Below, piece by piece: positions 30,382 through 40,444 of a stretch of DNA of 64,000 nt. Below the pieces are notes generated by a model. That model did no database searches, was not told the DNA's origin, and saw only the letters and a list, made by a program, of their open reading frames with translations. The stretch is from a virus. Taxonomy: Duplodnaviria; Caudoviricetes. Position numbers and translations under genes: made by a program. Position 1 is the first letter of the stretch; each line of letters begins with the position of its first letter. The stretch is taken from positions 66,948 through 130,947 of the IMG/VR virus record IMGVR_UViG_3300032135_000003, one strand, 5' to 3'.

Positions 30382-33300
30382 ATGAGTAAGTGTCAAGTAA
30401 AATATAATTCATTAGGTTCAATAGACTCTGTTTTAAACGAACAGGGGGAACCTTCTCAACTCTATGCAGATATAGCAAAGCATCCTTTTGTAGAAAGCAA
30501 GGAAAAAGCTTTGAATATCTATAAAAATATCTATACACAGAAAGTTGACGAAAACAGCTCTTTTATGCATAAAACCAAATATGGTTTCACTGATTCTTTA
30601 AAAGAGGCTTTGGATGAGTCTAACGAAGGAGATGTTATTGAAGTTGGGTTTTCAGGAAAAGACTTTGTTAAAATTATGTCAATTAATGTTAATACAGACC
30701 CAAACACAGTAGAAGGTTTTGTTAATTTACAAATAAAGAACGGGTTGTTATCTGAGGACAAAATTATTGATCCAGAGGGAACATTCTTTAAAGCTAAAGG
30801 GGAGTCTTCTCAGGCCAAAGCTATAAATACTGCTTTATTAGAGGAACAGTTAAAGCTTCACGTAGGTATTGGTGGTTACAAAAGACACAAAGGAAATAAA
30901 TATACCATTGACTCCATAAAACCCAAATACAATTATAGCCAAGGAACAATAGATGCTATTCTTTCAGAGGAACTTGCCAAGAGCTCTATGATGAGAACTT
31001 TTGGGAAAGACAAAATTGACGAGTCAGAGGGTTTAAATGAAGATGAACTTAAAATAAGACTACTAAATTTACTTAATTCTTTGGGTATAAAAGTTACTTC
31101 AATATCTGAATACATATCTAAATATAATGCAAAAAATGGGGTAGACCCATCAGCAAATGCACTTGCAGATATAGCAGGAAAAGTAATAGCTTTTCAAAAT
31201 GGTGAAATAGGGGTGGAGGACTTGACAGAAGAGGTATCTCACTTTATTGTAGAAGGATTTCCACAAGACCAAATTGAAAACTTACTTAGGAACATTCACA
31301 AAACAGATGAGTGGGTACAGTATTCTAAGAATTACCGAGAAGTATATGCAAAAGAGTACAATGGAGAGAATCTTGAACAAGCCGTAAGAAGGGAAGTACT
31401 TGGAAAAGTATTGGCAAACTCCTTACAAGCTAATTTTCAAACTGAAAAAGCTTTTGGAACTCAATTAAGTGTAATTGAAAAACTAAGGGATTTATTTAAC
31501 ACTCTTATGAAAAGGGTACAAGAGTTTCTAACACCACAACATTCTATAGATATAGCTACCTTTACAAAACAGGTAAAAGATTTATTGATGAAAGATGAGC
31601 TTAGTAACTACATCTCTCAGGATAATTTTGCTGCCAATAAATTTAGATTTTATAGCACCAATTCAACAGACAGTAATCCTATCAACCAAATAAGGAGTAG
31701 GGCTATTGCAGCTATTGAAGTTTTAAAAAGACAGATTGCCGATTTGTCAAAGACAAGTCAAGCATCAGGAGTAAGTAGACAACAGTTAAGACAGGCTCTT
31801 GATGATTTGGATAAAGAGTCAACCACACAATCTATAACTACTCTATTGGAAGTTACCAGAAAACAGATTGATTATATTCAAAACGCTTTAAAAAGCAACA
31901 GTAAAGATGAATTTGTATTAAGCCAGGAAGAAGTAGCTGTTTATGAGTCTTTAAAAAATGATTTAAACCCTATATTATCAGAGCTAAGAGAAAGAGTAAG
32001 AAGTAAACCAGCTACTACGGACAGAGCAGAGTGGAAAGCCATAGAAGATAGGCTTACCAGTGCTCTTGATAGTATAAATAAGATTGAGGGTATAGAGAAG
32101 TCAAATACTTCTGAGGTCTTGGATAAACTGGTTGATAAAGTTATTGAAAGACATAATCTTGATCCTGTAAAATATAAAGACTACATTAAAACTTGGTTTG
32201 AAACAGCTAAGTCTGATACCTCTTATTTTCACGCCACTTTCGGTCAAATGATTCATGCACAAGACCCTTTATTATCTCTTGCGGGAGTAGTAATTCAGGA
32301 TACTATGAATGAGGCACGTATTAAGTATTTAAAATATACCAAAGAGTTTCAAAAGGAGCTTAAGGATTTAAATATCAAGGAAAAAGACTTAGACCAGTTT
32401 TTTGATAATGGATTTTTAACAGATGCTGTAGACCACCACAAATTTCAAGAAGATATTCTTACTATAAGAATGAAAGCTTTAAAGGAAGTAACTAAAACTG
32501 ACCTCACCATAGAGGAGTTAATTAGAAGAAGTAAATCTCCTTCCCGTGAAGCAAAAGATTCATTACCTGAAGTAAGCCCCTCACAGGAAGCAGAATTGAA
32601 TAAAACTGTTAGTGAAGAGCAAAATAAAATAACCGAGAGGGTTATGCTAGATAAGTACTATACTGAGAAAGAGAAAAAGTACAAAACAGCAGGCGTTAGC
32701 CCAATTACAATAAGTACTTTAAGGGCAATTAGCCAAACTCGTGGAAGTATTTTACAGAATGCCAGAAGATCAGACGGTATTGTAGATAGGACTCTTTTAT
32801 CAGATAGTGATAATAAAAGGCTGGATGAACTTGGAAGGGATAGAAAGCTACAAAAAAATCCCTATGACACCTCAGGAAAACTAAAGAAAGGTCTTATACC
32901 TAACCCAGATGCCAGTGAAGATTACGCTCCTGCTTTTATCTTAGACCCTAAAGAGAAACAACCTTCAAATGAAGCAGTAATATCAGCAGACTTGCAAAAT
33001 TTGGACTCTACTTATATGAAAGAGGAGGCAGCAAAAGCAGAAAAAGAGGGGAGAAAAATAAAGTCTATACCACAAACTTTTTTCAATGATTTAGAAGCAG
33101 CACAAGCTGAGAGTCATGAGGCAGCATTAAACTTTTTAAGACTTAATGCAAATATGTCTTTTACTCCTGAATTTTGGGACTCTTTTGGAGAAAATATGTC
33201 TGTAAATGACAGGTTAGAGGAAGTTATACAAGAAGGTGATCCAGAAATTAGTAGGGAAGCATCTAAGGTACAGTCTAGTATTAAAGACCTCTCTAGTAGG

Positions 33301-36024
33301 AGAAAAAACTTAATAAAAGTATACCAAAATCCAAATAACCCCTCTGAGATAGACGTGGAGTATATGGATAAAGGTGTCAGGGAAGAAGTTAAGAATCTTA
33401 CAGAAGACCTTAGTACTGAGTATCAAAAAGCATTTAGACTCCTTGAGGATATAGATAATGAATCTGAGGCAGTATCAGAAAGTACTGTAAATGAAGCTTA
33501 CAAAAATGCATTAAAGGATAGAAATATTGAAGATGCAGCAGAGGAAGCCGATTTTATAAAAGAACATGTAACTAAATCTGACCTTTTAAGAATCAGTCAA
33601 TTAGAGGCATTTTTAAAAGACTATAAAAAAGGGTTAAAAGATAATGTGCCTTTGGTTTTAAAAAACTATGTAGAGGCTAATGTAGAACTAAGTGATTTTG
33701 ATACTAACATAGAAATTAGAAACTACGCAAAAACCAAACTTTTACCTTATTATAAAAGGCTTGCCCCAATAGGACACCAGTCACTTATGAGTGAGTTAAA
33801 TTCTGGGTCAAAGTCTGTTGTTGATTTTGTAAGAGAAGTAGAAAATAATGAGCATCAAATACAGGTTAACCCAAACTACTCTTACTTCCAACAGGGAGAA
33901 GATATGGTAAATCCTTTATATAAAACAGATTATGAAGGGGGTTATTTACAACCTAAATTCAATACTTATAAAAACAGTAAGTTTGAAGATATGTTTGCTC
34001 CTGAGAAAAAGGTTGATGGATCATTCACAACGTATAAAGACGAAAAAGGAAATGATGTATATAGACCAACAAAAAATAAGAATTTATACAAAGGTTATGA
34101 AGTTTTAAAGCAATTTCAGAGGGCAAACTTGGAACAAATTGGAGAGTTAGGCTCACATAGTCTTTACAAACTCCCACAGATATCTAAAACCCGTTTAGAG
34201 AAGATTACCTCCTTTGCGGAAAACGCTTCCTCTGAGAGGCTTGGAGAGGCTTGGAAAGACTTCTCAATGTACAGGGTTGATGAGATGGAAAGGGGTGCGG
34301 AATTTGATGGGCAAACACTTTCTAATTCCAAAATTATACCTAAGTATTTTTTAAGAGATTTGGAAAGTGCAGATGATGTGTCTTCACAACTTTTTTCAAC
34401 GTATGCTGCTTTTGCACAACAGGCTTACTTGCACAGAGCCCGTAGAAACAATATTGGGGATATGTTTGCTTTAAGAGAAAAAATACTTAATAGAAAAATG
34501 AATAGTGGAACTCCTGCTGAGGGATCGAGAACCTATAAAATGTTTGAGAGTTATATGGATGCTAATTACTTCGGTATTACAGAGCAATCAAAACTGTCTA
34601 TAAATGTCTTAGGAAGAGAGGTAGATTTAACCAAGTTAGCAAGAAGGTTCCTTAATTTTATTAAGTTTAAAAACTTAGGTTTCTCAGCTATTGTACCAGC
34701 AACTTCATGGCTTACCGCAGAGGTAAATACCAAGATAGAGCAGTGGGTACAGGAGCATACAAATGTTCGTAGTGGAGATATGGCTTTTAAAGAGTTCAAA
34801 AAACTTGCGCCAGATGCAGCTAAAGAGTTTCTTAATTTAAACAGTGAAGCAAAATTAAGTGTTCTTGGAGAGTTCATGGGAATATTTGATTTAGAAAACA
34901 GGTACAAAAACTCATCTTATAACAAGACTGTTAGAGGAGGTTGGAAACTGGGTATGGGAGTTCACCAAATGGCTAACTTTCCTATTATACCAAGACTTAT
35001 GTTATCTGTACTTTATGACAACAGGGTAGTAGATGGAAACATAGTTAATTTTAATGACTATGTAAGACAGCAGAAAAAAGACAACCCCGAAATTACTACA
35101 AAAGAAATAGAATCTGAATGGAGTAAATTTGAAGATAAAAATATCTATGATTACTTAACTATAAGTAAAACAGGAGTGGAGTGGCAGAAGGATAGGATAT
35201 CAAAGGACTTAGGTAAAGAGGGAGAAGAGTTAGACAAATTCCTTGAAAACAAGTTAAATGGAATCCAGTCGAGGGTTGAAGAAGTGAGTTCAAATATTGA
35301 TGGTAGTATATCACAGTACAGACAAGTTGCCGCTTCAAGACACTACCTTCTAAACTACTTTATGACACATAGAAACTGGTTAACTATTGCTACCTCAAGG
35401 AGATTCAAATTAGGACAGACTAATTTACAAACTGGGGAGCAAGAAGTAGGAAGCTGGGTAAGCACTTATAACTTTATAGGGGATTATTTAAAAGAACTTT
35501 CCCCGAAAAAGAATAAGGAATATAGAGAGAGTCTAAAAACACAATGGGCAAATTCAGATGAAACTCAAAGAAGGAATTTAAAAAGAGTTGGAATAGATAT
35601 CGCTGTATTAAATATTATGGTTCTAATAGGGTTTATTATTGCAAATTACGCAGATGATGATGATAATGAAGACCTATGGGCGTTACAAATGGGGAATTAT
35701 CTATATCACAGGACTTTAAATGAAACTGCATCATCTTCACTAGCCTTACCCTTACAGTATATGGAAACAATAGAAAGCCCTTTTGTAGGATTAAATGTAG
35801 TACAAGAACTTGGAAACCTTTACAAAGTATTTAACTTTGAGGATGTAAAAGCTGGAAAGTACAGAGGAATGACAGTAGGGCAAAGACAGTTAGTTAAGAC
35901 TGTCCCAGGAGTAAAACAAATGAGAGAAATATATAACCCAAAAGAAGCTTCTGATACTTACAGATATTATAACAGGAGTAATTTTAACGCAATACCAGCA
36001 ACTCATTTTATAACAGAAGACTAA
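30382..36024 (+). CDS. Giant virion/ejection protein with a degenerate zincin-like motif and a C-terminal hydrophobic segment
   Basis: 1880 aa; LTEEVSHFIVE...REVLGKVLA (zincin-like, first His replaced); C-terminal IAVLNIMVLIGFIIA; last gene of the giant-protein cluster. Confidence 0.6.
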   Translation: MSKCQVKYNSLGSIDSVLNEQGEPSQLYADIAKHPFVESKEKALNIYKNIYTQKVDENSSFMHKTKYGFTDSLKEALDESNEGDVIEVGFSGKDFVKIMSINVNTDPNTVEGFVNLQIKNGLLSEDKIIDPEGTFFKAKGESSQAKAINTALLEEQLKLHVGIGGYKRHKGNKYTIDSIKPKYNYSQGTIDAILSEELAKSSMMRTFGKDKIDESEGLNEDELKIRLLNLLNSLGIKVTSISEYISKYNAKNGVDPSANALADIAGKVIAFQNGEIGVEDLTEEVSHFIVEGFPQDQIENLLRNIHKTDEWVQYSKNYREVYAKEYNGENLEQAVRREVLGKVLANSLQANFQTEKAFGTQLSVIEKLRDLFNTLMKRVQEFLTPQHSIDIATFTKQVKDLLMKDELSNYISQDNFAANKFRFYSTNSTDSNPINQIRSRAIAAIEVLKRQIADLSKTSQASGVSRQQLRQALDDLDKESTTQSITTLLEVTRKQIDYIQNALKSNSKDEFVLSQEEVAVYESLKNDLNPILSELRERVRSKPATTDRAEWKAIEDRLTSALDSINKIEGIEKSNTSEVLDKLVDKVIERHNLDPVKYKDYIKTWFETAKSDTSYFHATFGQMIHAQDPLLSLAGVVIQDTMNEARIKYLKYTKEFQKELKDLNIKEKDLDQFFDNGFLTDAVDHHKFQEDILTIRMKALKEVTKTDLTIEELIRRSKSPSREAKDSLPEVSPSQEAELNKTVSEEQNKITERVMLDKYYTEKEKKYKTAGVSPITISTLRAISQTRGSILQNARRSDGIVDRTLLSDSDNKRLDELGRDRKLQKNPYDTSGKLKKGLIPNPDASEDYAPAFILDPKEKQPSNEAVISADLQNLDSTYMKEEAAKAEKEGRKIKSIPQTFFNDLEAAQAESHEAALNFLRLNANMSFTPEFWDSFGENMSVNDRLEEVIQEGDPEISREASKVQSSIKDLSSRRKNLIKVYQNPNNPSEIDVEYMDKGVREEVKNLTEDLSTEYQKAFRLLEDIDNESEAVSESTVNEAYKNALKDRNIEDAAEEADFIKEHVTKSDLLRISQLEAFLKDYKKGLKDNVPLVLKNYVEANVELSDFDTNIEIRNYAKTKLLPYYKRLAPIGHQSLMSELNSGSKSVVDFVREVENNEHQIQVNPNYSYFQQGEDMVNPLYKTDYEGGYLQPKFNTYKNSKFEDMFAPEKKVDGSFTTYKDEKGNDVYRPTKNKNLYKGYEVLKQFQRANLEQIGELGSHSLYKLPQISKTRLEKITSFAENASSERLGEAWKDFSMYRVDEMERGAEFDGQTLSNSKIIPKYFLRDLESADDVSSQLFSTYAAFAQQAYLHRARRNNIGDMFALREKILNRKMNSGTPAEGSRTYKMFESYMDANYFGITEQSKLSINVLGREVDLTKLARRFLNFIKFKNLGFSAIVPATSWLTAEVNTKIEQWVQEHTNVRSGDMAFKEFKKLAPDAAKEFLNLNSEAKLSVLGEFMGIFDLENRYKNSSYNKTVRGGWKLGMGVHQMANFPIIPRLMLSVLYDNRVVDGNIVNFNDYVRQQKKDNPEITTKEIESEWSKFEDKNIYDYLTISKTGVEWQKDRISKDLGKEGEELDKFLENKLNGIQSRVEEVSSNIDGSISQYRQVAASRHYLLNYFMTHRNWLTIATSRRFKLGQTNLQTGEQEVGSWVSTYNFIGDYLKELSPKKNKEYRESLKTQWANSDETQRRNLKRVGIDIAVLNIMVLIGFIIANYADDDDNEDLWALQMGNYLYHRTLNETASSSLALPLQYMETIESPFVGLNVVQELGNLYKVFNFEDVKAGKYRGMTVGQRQLVKTVPGVKQMREIYNPKEASDTYRYYNRSNFNAIPATHFITED

Positions 36025-36027
36025 TCC

Positions 36028-36140
36028 AGAGGGAATACGAATAAAGGCTCGTAGTAGTTTTGTGTATTCAGGAGCCTTGCCCCATTAGGGAAAACCCAAG
36101 CGTGAAAGCGTTGTAAGCTGTTAAACACAAGCCCTCTTTT
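36028..36140 (+). ncRNA. Candidate compact structured RNA (pseudoknot plus two small hairpins)
   Basis: Closing stem AGAGGG/CCCTCT followed by a T-run; crossing stems GAATACG/TGTATTC and AAGGCTC/GAGCCTT; GGG-AAAA-CCC; AGCGT-GAAA-GCGTT (GNRA loop). Confidence 0.5.
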
Positions 36141-36151
36141 TAAATTAAATT

Positions 36152-36649
36152 ATGAAAAAAATTATCACATTAATTTTAGTTTTATTTGCAACATCCGTTT
36201 TTTCGCAAAAGAAAATGGTAAAGATTGAAGGTTTTCAAGGAAACCAAATAGAGGTATCAGATAGTCTTTCGGAGAGGGTTATTCACAAGTTTGTATTTTA
36301 CATGGAAAGAAACCCCATTAATTATGAAAAGGCTTTGCGTAAAATAAAGGCTATAGAAGTAATTAAAGCTGATAGATACTTTGTTTCAGACTTAAAAGGA
36401 GGTGTAATCTATTTGAATAGCCGTCTTAATGACTTTCCGTATACAAAAGAAGTAGTTATCTTACATCATTTGGCAGTCAATAACGGGATGAAAACAAAGA
36501 ATAAGACACAAGCGTATGTAGGACATACCGCTTTTAATATTACAGACAGAAATGAAGAACTATTTAAAAAGCAGTTAAAAAGAAATAGACCTTACGAAAC
36601 CATTGTAAAAAAACTAATTGAAAATTCACCACTAAGATCAAAATTATGA
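36152..36649 (+). CDS. Secreted/periplasmic protein with signal peptide
   Basis: MKKIITLILVLFATSVFS-Q is a typical Bacteroidota signal peptide. Confidence 0.6.
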   Translation: MKKIITLILVLFATSVFSQKKMVKIEGFQGNQIEVSDSLSERVIHKFVFYMERNPINYEKALRKIKAIEVIKADRYFVSDLKGGVIYLNSRLNDFPYTKEVVILHHLAVNNGMKTKNKTQAYVGHTAFNITDRNEELFKKQLKRNRPYETIVKKLIENSPLRSKL

Positions 36650-37176
36650 AAAAGATTAAAGAGTTATTTAACAAAATAGTAGAAGCTTTAGCAACACCGT
36701 TTTACGGTTTAATATCAGCCTCGTGGTTCCCACAATTACCAAATAATAAGGTAATCAAATTAGAAATATTTTATGCTTGGATGAGTATAGGGGGATTCTT
36801 TGCAGCTTATGGAGTAGCTAGAGATCATGTAAACAATGTAGACTTTAGCACTCAATCAACTGTATTTGCTTCTATATTTATCTTAGGATGGATATTAAGG
36901 GTAGGAACAGTTTTTGGGTATAACGCTAGTAAAGCAGTACAGGAGAAGTTTTGGAGGACGCAATTGATGAGGTTTTTAGACCCAAAACACCAACTTCAAT
37001 TTGACAACTATCCTAATTCAAGCGAGCTTTTAAAAGAGTACAAAGAAAGATGGATTGATAAATATGGAGTAACAGTAGAGTGGACAAGAGCAAATGCACC
37101 TTACTGGCAGAAAGTTCAGATAGCTCTACTTATTGGATGTGTTGCATTAGGAATTACATTAGGAAACTTATTTTGA
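36646..37176 (+). CDS. Membrane protein (about 3 TM segments), possible lysis function
   Basis: Hydrophobic segments; located at the end of the late operon. Confidence 0.5.
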   Translation: MKKIKELFNKIVEALATPFYGLISASWFPQLPNNKVIKLEIFYAWMSIGGFFAAYGVARDHVNNVDFSTQSTVFASIFILGWILRVGTVFGYNASKAVQEKFWRTQLMRFLDPKHQLQFDNYPNSSELLKEYKERWIDKYGVTVEWTRANAPYWQKVQIALLIGCVALGITLGNLF

Positions 37177-37778
37177 AAGGTGTAAAAAGATTTTGGCTGT
37201 TCTACTGGACTTTAATGTTTCGGTGGAACAGCCTTTCTTTGTTTTATATACTTTCATTAGTATTAATCCCCTTTACAATAATATTTAACTGGCATTGGTT
37301 AATGTATATCTACCATTTAACAGTTCCTTTTAATATTTTACTTAAGTATAAGTTTAAAGTTAAAAACCTATGGTTATTTAATGACACTGTAGATGGAGAC
37401 TTTGGTTCTGAAGAGTGGCTAAAGGAAAAAGGCTATAAGAAAGGCATCTGGAGTGCAATATTATGGTGGCTAAGAAATATTTCTTGGAACTTCATTAGAG
37501 GATTTATACCAGAATGGAAAAACGGGGAAGTAGACAAGGATTTAGAGGGAAATGATATCTTTGCCGTAATAAAAAATACTCTTACAAGAACAACTGATTA
37601 TGGTAGGTGGACAAGAGCAAGTGGAAAGGATAACATCTTTGGAACAAACTACATAGCCTTTCAAATAAATGGTAAGAGATACTGCCAATACAGTTATGCA
37701 AACAAATATATAACATTGCAATTAGGGGCAGCAACGGAATACAGATTTAGATTTAAATTACACCCTTTTAAAAATTAA
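37080..37778 (+). CDS. Membrane protein, hypothetical (true start possibly TTG near 37173)
   Basis: Trp/Leu-rich TM segments, WWLRN motif; the listed start overlaps the upstream gene by ~100 nt. Confidence 0.5.
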   Translation: MDKSKCTLLAESSDSSTYWMCCIRNYIRKLILKGVKRFWLFYWTLMFRWNSLSLFYILSLVLIPFTIIFNWHWLMYIYHLTVPFNILLKYKFKVKNLWLFNDTVDGDFGSEEWLKEKGYKKGIWSAILWWLRNISWNFIRGFIPEWKNGEVDKDLEGNDIFAVIKNTLTRTTDYGRWTRASGKDNIFGTNYIAFQINGKRYCQYSYANKYITLQLGAATEYRFRFKLHPFKN

Positions 37779-37798
37779 ATAAAGGCTGAACCTATAAC

Positions 37799-37830
37799 TT
37801 TGTTAAATCAAATAACAAGTAGTATTTTTG
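37799..37830 (+). promoter_or_regulatory. Bacteroidota promoter TTTG-N20-TATTTTTG
   Basis: Both elements match the consensus with 20-nt spacing. Confidence 0.7.
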
Positions 37831-37851
37831 CACCCAAACAAACAATATACA

Positions 37852-38391
37852 ATGACTTACAAAATTTATACATCTAGTAACTACTTTATAATAGAGACTA
37901 TATCAGGAGATATTTACACAGCACTTAGTAAAGATGTTTTTGTAGAGGCTCATATACTACGTTCAGGGGCAGCATACTCTTTCCACACAATAGAAGGTTT
38001 TAGCCAAACTCCTGTGCTTCTTTCTAACTTACAAGATGAAGCTGGAACACCCTATACAGTAAATACCTTTAATAATTTCTATGAGACTAATACTGGGGAG
38101 GCACTATCAGATGTTAACTTCACCACCGCCAAGGATGCGAAGCTGACAGGGATTGAAATTGGTGCGACAGCAGATTTAACTGATGCGGAAATAAAAACCC
38201 AACTCTTAGCCAATACAGATACCTTTACCGTTACTCAGGCGCAACTAGATAAGATAGCAGAAAATTTAATTGATGAAGTTTCAACTCTATCAGCTTATGG
38301 TAGTGATTTAGCAGCAGCAACAGGGGGTATTTTAATTGGACAAGCGTATGTAAATAATACAACAGGCATAATTCATAGAAGATTAGCTTAG
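37852..38391 (+). CDS. Hypothetical structural/fibre-like protein (start reassigned to ATG 37852)
   Basis: The track's TTG start lies inside the promoter; FTTAKDAKLTGIEIGAT resembles fibre repeats; C-terminal AAATGGILIGQAY motif. Confidence 0.5.
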   Translation: MTYKIYTSSNYFIIETISGDIYTALSKDVFVEAHILRSGAAYSFHTIEGFSQTPVLLSNLQDEAGTPYTVNTFNNFYETNTGEALSDVNFTTAKDAKLTGIEIGATADLTDAEIKTQLLANTDTFTVTQAQLDKIAENLIDEVSTLSAYGSDLAAATGGILIGQAYVNNTTGIIHRRLA

Positions 38392-38514
38392 TAATAGAAG
38401 CAAAATTATATCAAAACGAATCTTAAAATAATTAAATCAAAACTATGGCTACATAGATTAGGGGGAGTTTGATATGATTATTACAATATTACCCACATTA
38501 AATAAATAGAGATT

Positions 38515-38730
38515 ATGAAGAAAAGCAAGTTTTATCAGATGATGAAGACAACTGAAGCAGTTTTAGTAATAGGAGTACCAATACTCTTTGTTATACTAGG
38601 CTGGTTTAAATTTATACCCGCACTATTATTAATGGGGTTATACACTTTAGTCAATTTAACTGGATATGCAATGGAACCTCTATGGAAGTCAAGAGATAAG
38701 ATAAAAGAAGAAGTTGAAAAGCTTAAATAG
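38515..38730 (+). CDS. Small 2-TM protein, holin candidate
   Basis: 71 aa, two hydrophobic helices, charged C-terminus, last gene of the late strand. Confidence 0.4.
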   Translation: MKKSKFYQMMKTTEAVLVIGVPILFVILGWFKFIPALLLMGLYTLVNLTGYAMEPLWKSRDKIKEEVEKLK

Positions 38731-38741
38731 ATTGTTTTAAC

Positions 38742-38803
38742 ACAGCCCCCTTTTTGGGGGTTTTATTATAAAAAGGCAAGCCTAATTGAGACTTGCCTTT
38801 TTT
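38742..38803. terminator. Intrinsic terminators at the convergence of late and early modules
   Basis: CCCCC-TTTTT-GGGGG-TTTT hairpin, and AAAAGGCAAG...CTTGCCTTTTTT hairpin flanked by A- and T-runs (bidirectional). Confidence 0.85.
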
Positions 38804-38810
38804 GTTTGTA

Positions 38811-40424
38811 CTATAATTTTAACAAACTACTTATCTGTAAGTCATCTCCAAAAACAAGTAGTTGGTTTTTACAGTTGGGGTGAATAACACTATGAGCATA
38901 AGCCCAAGAGCTCAAACCTCTTCTATTATAGTATTGGTCTAAATGGCAAGTTACACCAACTACGCTGACACCATTAAACGATGCTGGGCTATGTTGGTGG
39001 CCGTGTATCATCTTACTGTTTAATCTAGCAAAAGATTTATAAGACCCTTTAGCCCCATTCATACCAAAATCTCCATGGGCAGCACATTCATATCCGCAGA
39101 TATCTAAAGAAGCTCCATAATTAAGGTAAGAGACGCTTTCTCCGAGCTCTTTATCAACAAGATACCCATACACTCCACCATACTGAGTTAAGTCCACAGT
39201 TTGCTGTATTTGAGCATATTTTAAGTAAGCTGGGGAATTGTGTAAATCCCTTTTCCAGTTGTTATCATTAATCATTCTGTCAAGAAAAATATCATGGTTA
39301 GAAACTGTAATAAAAGTCTCTGCCCCTACACTGTCAGATATGTATTTAATCATGTCTAAAGACTCCTGTACCTCCTCTTCAATTAAGTGTTGACCTTTAA
39401 TAATTTTCTGTCTTTGGATAAACATATCTTTCACTTCATGAGGATTCACGGCAGATCCATCGTAGACGTCATGCAAGACTTGCTTTTTAGGGTTAAGGTG
39501 AGAACATAATTTAATAGTTTTTTCAAGTATTTCAGTATTTATTACTCTTGTATGGAGATCGCCCCAAACAAAACCTTCACTATAATCAATTTCTTGCACT
39601 TTTCCCTCTTTGGCCTCAAATATAAGGTCAATAAAAGAGCCCTCAGAAGTTACTTTAACATTCCTGGGAATATGACAAATACCGTCTTTTTTCTTTTCAA
39701 CTACTATAAATCCATAAGAGTGATGTTCAAAAGCAATATCTCCAGCCTTTGAACTAGAGTAATTCTTATTAGTACAAAACCCAGTAGTAGACATTGTTCT
39801 TAATGGCTTATTCTTAAATCTGGGTAGCGTTGTAAAGTGAATCTTTGAATGGGGTACAATTAAGTGTTTATCCTTTGCCATCACCTCGAAGCCTGTAAGA
39901 GGGTTTTTAGCGGTAGGTCTAACTCTACTCTCTGTAGCAATCATAGTATCTCCAAACTCTCTTTTTCCATAGTGTAAGAATTCCTGTACTTCATCTCTCC
40001 ACCATTCATCAGACTTTTGTTTATCCGCTTCTACAGGAGAAGTTGGATTTCTATACCTTGAAGGAGCTACAATAATTTCGGTTTTAAAGCCTTTACTAAT
40101 TAAGAAGTCTTTGTAGGCTATAAGATTTTCTAAAAAGTGTGTATTTATACCCGTCTTATTTTGTGCAGCCGTAACCAGTAAAATATCAGTTTTTTTATTA
40201 ATTTGTCTTTCCTGAGCCTTTTTTAATTGGGGGGGGAGATTATTAAATGTTGCTGTAAGATGAAGTTCTTCTTTCCACCACCTTCTAATAGTCCTTCCAG
40301 AAACACCGTACTTTTTAGTTAGTTTTTCTAACTTTTCCTCATGCGCCAGACCACTTTCATAATAAATATGTGTGATGTATTGCAAGTCTTCAGGTGATAA
40401 ATTTTTGAATTTAATTCTATTCAT
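38811..40424 (-). CDS. HTH plus calcineurin-like metallophosphoesterase (T5 A1-like nuclease family)
   Basis: N-terminal KYGVSGRTIRRW HTH; GDLH, HDVYDG, SNHD, HGD..NGAKGS and GHQHSP motifs. Confidence 0.75.
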   Translation of the reverse strand: MNRIKFKNLSPEDLQYITHIYYESGLAHEEKLEKLTKKYGVSGRTIRRWWKEELHLTATFNNLPPQLKKAQERQINKKTDILLVTAAQNKTGINTHFLENLIAYKDFLISKGFKTEIIVAPSRYRNPTSPVEADKQKSDEWWRDEVQEFLHYGKREFGDTMIATESRVRPTAKNPLTGFEVMAKDKHLIVPHSKIHFTTLPRFKNKPLRTMSTTGFCTNKNYSSSKAGDIAFEHHSYGFIVVEKKKDGICHIPRNVKVTSEGSFIDLIFEAKEGKVQEIDYSEGFVWGDLHTRVINTEILEKTIKLCSHLNPKKQVLHDVYDGSAVNPHEVKDMFIQRQKIIKGQHLIEEEVQESLDMIKYISDSVGAETFITVSNHDIFLDRMINDNNWKRDLHNSPAYLKYAQIQQTVDLTQYGGVYGYLVDKELGESVSYLNYGASLDICGYECAAHGDFGMNGAKGSYKSFARLNSKMIHGHQHSPASFNGVSVVGVTCHLDQYYNRRGLSSWAYAHSVIHPNCKNQLLVFGDDLQISSLLKL

Positions 40425-40444
40425 AATACTCTCTTAATATAATG

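Noticed and set aside
30379-30384. TAG immediately followed by an in-frame ATG (also at 58399-58404), suggesting read-through fusions
   Set aside because: Stop-ATG abutment also occurs with TAA (184/185, 19124/19125, 45052/45051), so this is ordinary translational coupling.
1305-34907. Numerous antisense and alternative-frame ORFs in the track inside the large + strand genes (likewise + strand ORFs inside the early genes)
   Set aside because: They are shadow frames with no motifs, fully overlapping well-supported genes.
37078-37621. 14-nt direct repeat GTGGACAAGAGCAA (WTRA) in two adjacent membrane genes
   Set aside because: Only two short copies in coding sequence, with no supporting context.
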